Below, piece after piece: positions 33,653 to 42,141 of a stretch of DNA of 42,141 nucleotides (the first letter of the stretch is position 1; every line of letters begins with the position of its first letter). The notes beneath the pieces are model-generated. The model saw nothing but the letters and a program-made list of their open reading frames with translations. It had not been told where the DNA came from and did not search any database. Location of the stretch: the NCBI GenBank assembly GCA_964550545.1, contig CAZJZN010000002.1:1-42141 (forward strand), read 5' to 3'. A program made the translations under genes and the position numbers. Origin of the DNA: an uncultured Bdellovibrionales bacterium (GTDB lineage Bacteria; Patescibacteriota; Minisyncoccia; Moranbacterales; UBA1568).

Positions 33653-36600
33653 TCATTCAAGCGATATTTCGTATCGGTGCGACCGTTCGTCGTCAGGGAG
33701 CGGAAATGAAGAAGAGGCGACCGTGGACTCAAGAGGGACTCCGTCGAATGTGATGCTTTTTATGGCATTCGCGTGCGGGATTGTTGCGGCATGAAAGGTG
33801 AATGTGAGCGTTGCGGATTTCCAAGGAAGCGTGATCGAGCATATGCCCCATTCCGAGGGAAGAGATGGACGGAACGCGATCGAGTTATTCTCGAAACGAA
33901 CACCGAACAAGGTCTCGATGATACTTCGATACATAAGACCGGCGGAAGCAGTATACCATGTCCAGCCGCCCTTGCCGCGGTGTTCGGCGGAATAGATATC
34001 CGCCGCAACCACATAGGGTTCCACTTCATAGAGGAGTGCTTTGCGTTCGGACTCGGAACGTCGGATAGGATTTGCCGCGAGGAGAAGCTTGGAAACCATA
34101 TCGCTGCGTCCAAGCCGCGCAAATGCCTCCATCGCCCAAAAAGCGGCGTGATTGTATTGCGATCCGTTTTCGCGGATGCCGGGCGGATAATCTTTGATGT
34201 AACCCGGATTTTTCTTTCCGAGGTCGTTGAAGGGCGGATCGAGGAGTTTCAAAATGCGCATTTCGGGATCGTAGAGGAATCGCTCGAGATTTTCCATGGC
34301 TTCGCGCGCTTTTTCCGGATCTCCCGCGCGCGAAAGAACCGACCATGCTTGAGCGATAGCATCGATGCGGCACTCGTGATTCTGTTCGGATCCCAATGGC
34401 GTACCGTCGTCGTAGAAGGCGCGAAGAAACCAGTGTCCGTCCCACCCGGGGCCATTCAGGTTTTTTCGGAGTTCCTGCGCTCGTTCTCGATAGGTTTCCG
34501 AAAGCGCGGCGTCTCCTCTCTCGGAGAGAATGCCGGAAAATCGTTGTAGGAGAGAGAAAAGAAAAAATCCAAGCCAGACGCTCTCGCCTTTCTCCTCGTG
34601 ACCGATGCGATTCATACCGTCATTCCAATCCCCGTCGCGCATGAGTGGAAGCCCATGCGCGCCAAAGAGAGTTGCGTACCGAATGGCGCGAAGACAGTGC
34701 TCGAGAAGTGTCTCCGATACTCGAGACGGCGCGCTCTTCTTGACATCGAAGCGTGTCGGATCGTCAGGGAGCGGCGGAAGAAAGGGGAGGACTTCGTTAA
34801 GGATATCGTCCGAACCGGAGAGGCGGATATATTCCGATACAGCAAAGGGGAGCCAGAGCGGATGATCCGATCCTTTATTTTGGACGCCGAATTCAGAATC
34901 GGGCGACCACCACGCGCGAACATTGCCGTCTTCATACTGTTCTTGCGCCGCGGCAAGAATGTGCGTGCGAGCAATGTTTGGATCGCGGTACCAGAGCGCG
35001 ATCGCGTCCTGGAGTTGGTCGCGGAATCCGTAGGCGCCACCCGGTTGATAGAAACCGATTCGTCCCCACATTCTTGAGACGATCGTTTGGTAGGGAAGCC
35101 AGGTATTGAAAAGGATGTCGAGCGAAGTGTCGGGTGTTTGAATGACGGGGACATTCCCGGTACTCCAAAAGGCGCGAACGCTTCCCAGATGAACAGGATT
35201 GCGGTTGCGCCACGATTCACGAGCAATCGAGAAGAGATGCTGAACGTCATCCGGAGTATCTCCGGCGATGAGTGAGAAAAAAACGGTTTTTTTCTCGAAG
35301 GGAGCGAGGGAAATGTGCAAAGAGACTATTACGCAGGCATCGTGTGGCGAAGTCGGGGATGTTTCCGGTACGGTGTCTTTGAAGGAAAGGTGTCCGGAAA
35401 ATATTCCGACGGGACCGAATGCGCGGGTTTTATTGAAAGCGGTATGTGTTATCGGTTCGCTCGCAAGAATCGCTCCGTGAATCGATACGGTTTCCGGGGT
35501 TGGTGAAGGAGAAAAATACTCCGGACCGAGGAGGATGGCCTGATCCTTACCGAGTATTTCCGGAAGAGAAATGCGATGGGGAACATCAAGGTCGTGATGA
35601 TGCGGCGCGTCGACAAAGAGCGTAAGCGCGTATTGAGCGGGCTCCCCCGATGCGTTCTCGAGTTCGATGGCGGAGTGTTTTATCGGATGTTTGGGGTCGA
35701 CGGAAACCGTGAGTATGTGTCGCAGGGAGTCTCGATGTCCTTCGTACCGAGTAAAGCCTCGTCCGTGGGTGACGGAATATTCGTTTGAGGCGGGAATAGG
35801 CGCTGGCGTCGCCGACCATGTTTCGCCGGTGTCTATTTTTGTGAGAAGAATCGCTTCCGAAGGGGGATCGGTGACGGCATTATTGCTCCAGGGAGAGAGG
35901 CGACCGTGCTTACTGTTTCTGAACCACGTGGTGCCGAGCGAGTTTTCCGTGGTCATTGCGCCAAAGTTCGGATTCGCCAAAATATTCGCCCAGGGCTGGG
36001 GCGGAAGTTGATCCGGGCGAATGCGCATACGGTAATCGTGCGTTTCCGGATCGAATCCGCCAAAGCCATTCCAAAAGAGGAGTCGCTCGCTTTCAAAGAG
36101 AGGCGTTTTTGCTTCTGCCGGTTCCTCCGAATGGGAGCGGAGCGGTTCAATGTTGTTCGGGAAGAGATTCTCATTATTTTCCGTGATGCGCTTTTGGCTT
36201 GAACGGTCTTTCTCATATTCCGAAACAAAAAATTCGCGGACGGTTTCGATGGTGGGAAACCTTGCAAAGAATGTTTCCGGTTGGTGGGGGGCGAAGTGTG
36301 CCGAATTCACGAAGAAATATTCGACGCTCTCGTGTGGCGAGAGCGTTGTTCCGGCGCGGAGATTGGCGAGCGGATCGAGTATATAGCCCTCGGTATTCCG
36401 AAGCGGTTGGTGGAGAGCGATCGGTTTTCCGAACGGGCGTCCACGTCCGATGAATGCCTCGCGATCGGTTTCGAATCCCAAGAATTCCGCCGGTTTCTCG
36501 AGAAAGATTCGGTGCGAAAAAATCGGGAACCGATCGGGATCATCGAAGAATCGGCGATGATAGAGGAGGGCGCGATGCTCTTCGGAAAATTCCGCCCCGA

Positions 36601-37045
36601 TGAACATATTGCTGAAGGTCTGATGAAACGAATCGCGGAGTCGATCGAAGAGGAGGATGATGTCGAGCGAACTCGTCACTTCGATGCGTCGTGCGGAAAT
36701 ACTTTTGTTTGCGAGTGTCATCCTTCGAATTTCGAAATCGCCGGTTTCCGGGACGAGAATATCGAGTGTCGTTTCGATTGAGTGATCGACGCGAACAATG
36801 CGCGCCGTTCGCGCGCCGATGTTCATATGAAACGATTCCGGTTTCACAAAGGTTGGCGCCGGTGTTGCCGACCAGTATGCTCCGGATTCCACATCACGAA
36901 CAAAGAAAAAGATGCCATCGTCAGGGGACGGCCGGTGGCTCGTGAGGTGACACCCGCGCGCGATGAGTCTTCCGTTGCCAATCGCGTTCAGATGCGACTC
37001 GAAGCTCTTATTGCCGAGAATGTATTCATGGTGAGAGGCAAGCAT
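33653..37045 (-). CDS. GH94 glycoside phosphorylase module homologous to the C-terminal part of cyclic beta-1,2-glucan synthase (Cgs/NdvB/ChvB)
   Basis: GFYQPGGAYGFRDQLQDAIAL (catalytic-Asp region), IRENGSQYNHAAFWAMEAF and GGWTWYTASAGLMYRSIIETLFG match cellobiose/chitobiose-phosphorylase family signatures. The N-terminus EYILGNKSFESHLNAIGNG resembles the start of the GH94 region in the single-chain synthases. Confidence 0.87.
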   Translation of the reverse strand: MLASHHEYILGNKSFESHLNAIGNGRLIARGCHLTSHRPSPDDGIFFFVRDVESGAYWSATPAPTFVKPESFHMNIGARTARIVRVDHSIETTLDILVPETGDFEIRRMTLANKSISARRIEVTSSLDIILLFDRLRDSFHQTFSNMFIGAEFSEEHRALLYHRRFFDDPDRFPIFSHRIFLEKPAEFLGFETDREAFIGRGRPFGKPIALHQPLRNTEGYILDPLANLRAGTTLSPHESVEYFFVNSAHFAPHQPETFFARFPTIETVREFFVSEYEKDRSSQKRITENNENLFPNNIEPLRSHSEEPAEAKTPLFESERLLFWNGFGGFDPETHDYRMRIRPDQLPPQPWANILANPNFGAMTTENSLGTTWFRNSKHGRLSPWSNNAVTDPPSEAILLTKIDTGETWSATPAPIPASNEYSVTHGRGFTRYEGHRDSLRHILTVSVDPKHPIKHSAIELENASGEPAQYALTLFVDAPHHHDLDVPHRISLPEILGKDQAILLGPEYFSPSPTPETVSIHGAILASEPITHTAFNKTRAFGPVGIFSGHLSFKDTVPETSPTSPHDACVIVSLHISLAPFEKKTVFFSLIAGDTPDDVQHLFSIARESWRNRNPVHLGSVRAFWSTGNVPVIQTPDTSLDILFNTWLPYQTIVSRMWGRIGFYQPGGAYGFRDQLQDAIALWYRDPNIARTHILAAAQEQYEDGNVRAWWSPDSEFGVQNKGSDHPLWLPFAVSEYIRLSGSDDILNEVLPFLPPLPDDPTRFDVKKSAPSRVSETLLEHCLRAIRYATLFGAHGLPLMRDGDWNDGMNRIGHEEKGESVWLGFFLFSLLQRFSGILSERGDAALSETYRERAQELRKNLNGPGWDGHWFLRAFYDDGTPLGSEQNHECRIDAIAQAWSVLSRAGDPEKAREAMENLERFLYDPEMRILKLLDPPFNDLGKKNPGYIKDYPPGIRENGSQYNHAAFWAMEAFARLGRSDMVSKLLLAANPIRRSESERKALLYEVEPYVVAADIYSAEHRGKGGWTWYTASAGLMYRSIIETLFGVRFENNSIAFRPSLPSEWGICSITLPWKSATLTFTFHAATIPHANAIKSITFDGVPLESTVASSSFPLPDDERSHRYEISLE

Positions 37046-37125
37046 AGGCGGAGTGCGAATGAGCTGATCTTTGTTTCTATTATTATATCGTACGCCATGG
37101 ACATACCCTATGGCGATGGAGACGT

Positions 37126-40100
37126 CTACGGTGTTCTCGGGTGGATGATGCCGCTTTTGAGGAAGGTGGGAATCGGGCGAGGGAAGGGCTCTTTGTCAAT
37201 CGGGGGGACGCTTTCATCGAGAACGAAGAGTGAGTTTTGGACGAGCGGATGCGATTCGAAGAGGCGGGAGAGGAAATGATCGAAGAGGGAATTTCCGATG
37301 GCGGCGAGAATCATTCCCTGGTGATGACTCATACACATACGAACGGGCGATCCGTGACGGGATCGAAAGAAGTCGATGGATTCGATGAATCCGAATGGTG
37401 TCCGTCCGCCTCGGCGCGTGTACAGATCGAGCGCCTGAAGCGATTCTTTGGGAAAGAACGGGAGGGAGAGTGCGATCGCATATGCCGAAACAACCGGACG
37501 ATCGTCTGCGGATGGCGAGAGGGAGAGTGCGGGGAGTCCGAAGGGTTTGTAGCGATAGCTTCCGCCTCGATCGAGTTCGGCGTAACCGGATTCGGAGAGT
37601 CCCCAGATCGGAAGTCCCTGTTTTTTTGCAAAGCGGATATTCATACGGATTGCCGTTCGGATACTCCGCCCGACAAGCGAGTCCGTATGCTCTTCGAGGA
37701 AAAGGGCCGGCATCAGGTACTCAAAGAGCGTTCCCGTCCACGAGATAAGCGAAGGTCCTTTGGGGAGCGGGAGGACGGTTCGATTCAGCTTGTTCCATCC
37801 GCGAAAGGAGAGTGTTCCTTCGGCAAGTGCGAGAAAGCTCGTGATGCGCGCTTCCGAGGCAAGCGTTTGATAGAAGCGGTTTTCAATGCGTTTCGACGGG
37901 ACGTGAAAGCCGATCGAAATGAGTCCGCGCTTTCCGGATTTTAGAAAATCAAATCGCATTTCGGCAATGAGCGTATCGAGGCGTCGCGCGAGTTCGATTG
38001 AGAGGAGGGAAGAGTTTTTCGGAGCGGTCGCTTCGGAGTGGATGTCTTCGATTCGGGCGCGAACAATATCGAGAAGAATTTTTGTTTCGTCCGGAAGGGG
38101 ATGCGGAGTGGAAAATCCGGAGAGGTGTCGCCGAATGATTCCGCAGAGGTGAATGACGGATTCATAGTTTGAAGTATCCGGAATCGAGTCGACTCGCTCG
38201 AGAAGTGTTCCCCAAAAGTCCGAAAACGACTGAAAGGCGAGTGTTGCGGGAATGCGTTCCGCGATGAGGTGTACCATATCGCGAAGTCCGCGGAGCGTCT
38301 GCATTGGATCGGGAGCGCTCTCTTTTTTGAGGAGCCATTGCCGAATGGTAATGAGAGAAGCAAGAAGGTTTCCGCTGTCGACGCTCGAGATGAAGGGAGG
38401 TGGCGCGGGAAGTGCGGTCTCTACGTTGTACCAGTTGTAGAAATGTCCGCGGAATCGTTCGAGGCGTTCGAGTGTGGAAATGGTGTCATTCAATTTTTTG
38501 AGAGCGCGTTCTCGGGAGAGAAATCCGAAGCGGTGTGCCACGATGGTGGAGAGAAGTGAGAAACCGATATTGGTGATCGACGTATAGTGCGCGACGGCGG
38601 CATCGGGGGCGAATCGCACGGAATCCGGCGGAAGGAAATGGGTTTCGGGACGAATCACCGCTTCAAAAAAACTCCAGGTTTCGAGGGTGTCTCGACGAAG
38701 TCTCTCCTCGTCTTTTCGGGAGAAGACGCGATGCCGGGTATAGGGACGATTGAGGATGAAAACGATAAGGGGGAGAGCCGTCCAGAGAGCGAGGAGCACC
38801 AAGAAGAACGGGTGAACCGAGTATCCGAAATGGATACTCGCGAAAAGAATAGAAAGCGTGAGCAGTGGAAAGAGAAGGGGTGTCTTTCCCGCCGATTGTT
38901 CGGAATGAGCGGACGGAATCCATTCGAGCATGTGTTTTCCGCTCCACAGGCGACGGAAGGTCGCCGTAGCAATCGCGTGCATCGTATCGAGGGCGGAGAA
39001 GGGGAGCGTGGCGCACTCGAAGAGAGTTTGTCTGGAAAGGCGTGCTGTTCGAAGCAGTGTTTTTCGGAGCCGGTATCCCACGTGTTTCCATCGACCTGAA
39101 ATGAACTGCGCGATCCATCGCGTCCAGTCGATGATGAAATCAATGAAGAAGAGTTCCGAGAGGAACAGTCCCCAGACAAAAAGGAAGAGTGCTCCATTGT
39201 CTGTCGCCCACGAGAGAATTGTGAGGAGGAAGACGGCCGGGCGAAAGAGACTTTGGAGGAGGTTGTCGGCAATTTTGAATCGATGGATGAATTGGAGGGT
39301 GTTGGGTGTTTTTTCCCCGGATTCTTCTCGAACGCTTCGGAAGAGCCAGTCGACAATTTGCCAATCGCCCCGCGTCCATCGGTGACTTCTTGAAAGGAGC
39401 GCGCGGAGCGATTTTGGAAATTCGTCAAAGAGATCGATGTCGGCGGCGTATGCGGTTCTTCCGAACGATCCTTCGAGAAGGTCGTGGCTCAAGATTTGAT
39501 CGGGAGGAAGGGTTCCGTCGAGTGCCGCAAGAAATCCGTCGATATGAAAGGAGCCTTTTCCGGCGTAGCTTCCTTCTGAAAAGAGATCCTGATAGATTTC
39601 CGGAAAGACATTGGTGTAAGCGCTGAATCGTTTCTCATCGAAAAAAATGCGCGGGAGACGGAATCGGTGACGATTCTTGAACCACTGTTTGACATGCGGT
39701 TGGACAAAAGTGAAGCCGGAGACGAGCTGTTTCTCGCGGAGGATGGGACACTGAAGCGGATGAGCGTGAATGCCGATAATGTCTTTGATGAAATCTCTCG
39801 GGATAAAGGCGTCTTCATCGATCGTGACGACAAAGTTTGCTTCGGACGGAACGGTTCGTGAAACGATGAATGATGACGAGGTGGGACGGCCTCGAAGCAT
39901 ACGGGCGAAGTCGAGAAGTTTTCCGCGTTTCCGTTCCCATCCCATCCAGCGCTCTTGTCGCGGCGACCACACTCTTGATCGGAGTACGAACCAGAAGCGA
40001 TCGTCTGTGCCGTACCGAGTATTGAGCTCTCGAAATGCGGCGCGGGTCGCTTCGAGGAGGAGGGTGTCTCCGGGGAGGGTCTCTTCCTTGGCATCGGGAA

Positions 40101-41634
40101 AGTCAAGGAGAAGGCAGAAAGAAAGCGTGCCGGCGCGATTGCTGAGAAAAGCGGTTTCCAATTTTCCCGTGAGTGAGCGAAGGGTCTTTTCATCTTTGAG
40201 GAGCGATGGGATAACGAAGACGGTGTGTGCGGAATCGGGAATGCCGCTTCGAAAGTTGAGTCGTGGAAGGAGTGTCGGGGAAACGGCGCCGGAAAAAAAC
40301 GTGTCCGCGATGTGTTTGAATGATTTGTATAGGATGGGAATGAGAAAGAGTACGAGCCATTTGAAGTGGAGAAAGAATATCATAAACGCGATCGATGTTC
40401 CCCCCGACCCGACGCATATCGATTTGAAATAGAGGTTTTGAAGTGTTGGGAGGCGCAATCGATCGTGGTACCAGTGCCACCAAGGAAGGTGATCGTTTCC
40501 CGAGACGCTCTGTATGAGGAGGGGTAACCCATCGCCCAAGAGGAAGAATCCGATATGGTTTCGGGGAGATTCATTATTTGATTCGGCAAGCTCAAGCGCT
40601 GTCTCTAGGAGTGTTTCTTCCGGGATGCGGAGGATATGGGCGACGGCGGACGCTTTCTTTCGGTATGATTCTTGGGAAAATGACGTCATACGCGCGTAAA
40701 CGTTCGCCGGATCGCGAACGAGAAGTCGGTGCAGAGTGCTCGTTTTTTTGAGGAGCGTGTTCCACTCGAATTCTCCGAGGAGTGGGAGAGAGCGAAGGCG
40801 AATACGGACGCGAGTGGAGATATTCCGCGTGTCTTCGGAAACGGGTCGGGCGGAGACAATTCGTTCTTTTCCTTTTTCAGCGGGGCGAAACCGGGAAAGC
40901 GGGTCGAATTCTCGGGAGAGGTTTTCTTCGAGCGATTCGGCAAACGCGCGGGCGAATATGTCGCCTCGGCGGTTTCGGAGGTGTTCGCGCCGAGCATCGA
41001 GGCGAGGATGATCGGGACCGAATGTGGCGAGTGATCGTCGCGCTTCCGCTCGAGCCTCCTCCCTATCAATGAGTTCTTGGGCGGTAGCGGAAAGCTTGTC
41101 GAGCGCGAAGAGGCGGAGGAGGGGCGAGAGCATTTCGGTTTCAGCGAGTGAAAGTCGAATTCCCGTTGAGTTCTGCCAGTCGTTTATGGTACTCGCCAGA
41201 GTTTCTTCCGAAAATCGAAACGCGGTTCGCTCAACGTATGATTCAAGGAGCAATCCCGCTTCGAGGAGGTGGAGGGGAGCTACTTCATCTCGGGAGATTC
41301 GAGCAATCGAAGTTTCGAGTGATCGAAATTCCGCGGCGACGGCGGGGTGTTTTTTGAGGAGCCATCGAGTTGGAAGGAGAAGGGTTTCCGGCTCGGCGGA
41401 TCGAGCGCCGAGCGCGAGGAGCCAGGAAGGATGTCGCGCGTACGGACGGTAGAATCGTGAAAATCTCGTGTGAATTTCCCGAACTTTTCGGGAAAGTATG
41501 ACCCAAAGGAGCCGTTGTCCGCGTCGAAGTGGCAGTCCGGAAATTCTTTTCGCGGCTTCCTTGAGCCATTTTTCGGACAAGTCCGCCTGAATGTCTCTTG
41601 ATGCGAGAGAGAGGGGGAATGGGAGTCGATACAT
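37126..41634 (-). CDS. Cyclic beta-1,2-glucan synthase N-terminal part: GT84 glycosyltransferase, TM segments and a glycoamylase-like middle (cyclisation) domain
   Basis: VVTIDEDAFIP (DxD), SHDLLEGSFGRTAYAADIDLFDEFP and SRSHRWTRGDWQI are GT84 hallmarks. FRGHFYNWYNVETALPAPPPFISSVDSGNL is the conserved middle-domain motif. Multiple TM helices lie between them. Confidence 0.87.
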   Translation of the reverse strand: MYRLPFPLSLASRDIQADLSEKWLKEAAKRISGLPLRRGQRLLWVILSRKVREIHTRFSRFYRPYARHPSWLLALGARSAEPETLLLPTRWLLKKHPAVAAEFRSLETSIARISRDEVAPLHLLEAGLLLESYVERTAFRFSEETLASTINDWQNSTGIRLSLAETEMLSPLLRLFALDKLSATAQELIDREEARAEARRSLATFGPDHPRLDARREHLRNRRGDIFARAFAESLEENLSREFDPLSRFRPAEKGKERIVSARPVSEDTRNISTRVRIRLRSLPLLGEFEWNTLLKKTSTLHRLLVRDPANVYARMTSFSQESYRKKASAVAHILRIPEETLLETALELAESNNESPRNHIGFFLLGDGLPLLIQSVSGNDHLPWWHWYHDRLRLPTLQNLYFKSICVGSGGTSIAFMIFFLHFKWLVLFLIPILYKSFKHIADTFFSGAVSPTLLPRLNFRSGIPDSAHTVFVIPSLLKDEKTLRSLTGKLETAFLSNRAGTLSFCLLLDFPDAKEETLPGDTLLLEATRAAFRELNTRYGTDDRFWFVLRSRVWSPRQERWMGWERKRGKLLDFARMLRGRPTSSSFIVSRTVPSEANFVVTIDEDAFIPRDFIKDIIGIHAHPLQCPILREKQLVSGFTFVQPHVKQWFKNRHRFRLPRIFFDEKRFSAYTNVFPEIYQDLFSEGSYAGKGSFHIDGFLAALDGTLPPDQILSHDLLEGSFGRTAYAADIDLFDEFPKSLRALLSRSHRWTRGDWQIVDWLFRSVREESGEKTPNTLQFIHRFKIADNLLQSLFRPAVFLLTILSWATDNGALFLFVWGLFLSELFFIDFIIDWTRWIAQFISGRWKHVGYRLRKTLLRTARLSRQTLFECATLPFSALDTMHAIATATFRRLWSGKHMLEWIPSAHSEQSAGKTPLLFPLLTLSILFASIHFGYSVHPFFLVLLALWTALPLIVFILNRPYTRHRVFSRKDEERLRRDTLETWSFFEAVIRPETHFLPPDSVRFAPDAAVAHYTSITNIGFSLLSTIVAHRFGFLSRERALKKLNDTISTLERLERFRGHFYNWYNVETALPAPPPFISSVDSGNLLASLITIRQWLLKKESAPDPMQTLRGLRDMVHLIAERIPATLAFQSFSDFWGTLLERVDSIPDTSNYESVIHLCGIIRRHLSGFSTPHPLPDETKILLDIVRARIEDIHSEATAPKNSSLLSIELARRLDTLIAEMRFDFLKSGKRGLISIGFHVPSKRIENRFYQTLASEARITSFLALAEGTLSFRGWNKLNRTVLPLPKGPSLISWTGTLFEYLMPALFLEEHTDSLVGRSIRTAIRMNIRFAKKQGLPIWGLSESGYAELDRGGSYRYKPFGLPALSLSPSADDRPVVSAYAIALSLPFFPKESLQALDLYTRRGGRTPFGFIESIDFFRSRHGSPVRMCMSHHQGMILAAIGNSLFDHFLSRLFESHPLVQNSLFVLDESVPPIDKEPFPRPIPTFLKSGIIHPRTP

Positions 41635-41814
41635 AGGGTCGAGAGCTATGAAAGGAAGGGGAACTGAAGGCGCGAAGAGAATATTTTCTTTTACTATAGC
41701 AGATATTTCCTGTATTGAGCAGAAAATTCGGCTCGAGGCACCGTTCTCTTTTCGGAAGAGGAGATGTGCGATACACTGAAATAACTTGAAAGAGACACCC
41801 TTGATTCTATTTTT

Positions 41815-42141
41815 ATGGAAACCCCCGCTTCATCGTTGAAACCACATATCAAGGTGTGTGCTCATACGGACTGCTCTTCGCGCGGATCGGATCGTGTGTA
41901 CGAGGCGCTTCGGCGGATATGTTCCGAGGAAATGGATATTCGAAAAACGCCGGATTGTTTTCGGTTTTGTCGAGAAGGGATCAATGTATCAGTCAATGGA
42001 CAAGTGCTTCATCAAGTACGGGAGGGAGATGCCGTTTCGCGTGTTCGGAGAGAGGTTCAACATCCTTCCAAGAAGATGGATGGAGTTGGTTCGCGAAGTC
42101 TCGATGACCTCGATGATGTGCTTGACGGTCTTGTCCCGTAG
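41815..42141 (+). CDS. Thioredoxin-like [2Fe-2S] ferredoxin-like protein
   Basis: Cys pattern C15-x4-C20 ... C48-x3-C52 (KVCAHTDCSSRG ... PDCFRFCREG) with NuoE/Fd4-like spacing. The stop TAG falls exactly at the window end. Confidence 0.55.
   Translation: METPASSLKPHIKVCAHTDCSSRGSDRVYEALRRICSEEMDIRKTPDCFRFCREGINVSVNGQVLHQVREGDAVSRVRREVQHPSKKMDGVGSRSLDDLDDVLDGLVP

Noticed and set aside
33773-34549. 258-aa + strand ORF, along with similar ORFs at 37237..37944, 35667..36011 and 36281..36781, inside the glucan synthase genes
   Set aside because: All are antisense shadow ORFs within genes that have strong GH94/GT84 signatures on the minus strand. Their composition is Arg/Glu/Gly-rich and they show no motifs.
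37046-37125. The idea that the glucan synthase split is a simple frameshift pseudogene
   Set aside because: I do not adopt it as the primary call. The two ORFs are in different frames and are separated by an AT-rich spacer with several stops. The downstream ORF starts with its own ATG at the expected domain boundary, and catalytic motifs in both halves are intact. Assembly error cannot be excluded without reads, so this is kept as a finding with that caveat.
1-42141. A search for tRNA/rRNA genes, transposases, integrases, toxin-antitoxin or defence genes, and for alternative genetic code use
   Set aside because: I found no GTTCGAATC-type T-arm or cloverleaf candidates in the intergenic regions. 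No recognisable mobile-element or defence protein motifs were found. TGA clearly functions as a stop in several ATGA junctions, so the standard bacterial code applies.

Overview
This 42.1-kb window is almost entirely a cell-surface glycan locus from a standard-code bacterium (TGA is used as a stop, with many ATGA stop/start overlaps). The INS-less ProRS, type IV pilins and weak Shine-Dalgarno sites hint at an uncultivated small-genome lineage, but that is inference only.

Gene order:
- Two type IV pilin-like genes and a terminator.
- proS, bracketed by two copies of an ~80-nt repeat.
- A ~50% GC block (3-12.4 kb): GT4 glycosyltransferases, a UDP-glucuronate-4-epimerase-like SDR, two GT-C-like polytopic membrane proteins and two membrane-anchored unknowns.
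- A visibly AT-rich block (about 12.5-24.2 kb): methyltransferases, a Wzx-like flippase flanked by two paralogous ~450-aa unknowns, neuB/neuC/neuA-like nonulosonic (sialic-like) acid genes, then convergent GT4/MT/GT4/GT2 genes.
- A long minus-strand gene train: GT4, a Trm112-like-fused methyltransferase, AsnB-type amidotransferase, GT4, a 698-aa GT-C-like membrane protein, DUF2304-like, and a GtrB/DPM1-like GT2.
- A cyclic beta-1,2-glucan synthase homolog split into two ORFs (1502 aa GT84 plus middle domain; 1130 aa GH94).
- A small 2Fe-2S ferredoxin-like gene.

I found no rRNA, tRNA, CRISPR array, transposase or integrase.

Most interesting:
- The uncharacterised paralog pair around the flippase, next to a SAF-less NeuB.
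- The two-gene split of the glucan synthase.
- A 7-nt tandem repeat inside a glycosyltransferase.
- Unusual intergenic repeats and palindromes.

All functional calls come from motif recognition by eye. No searches were run.
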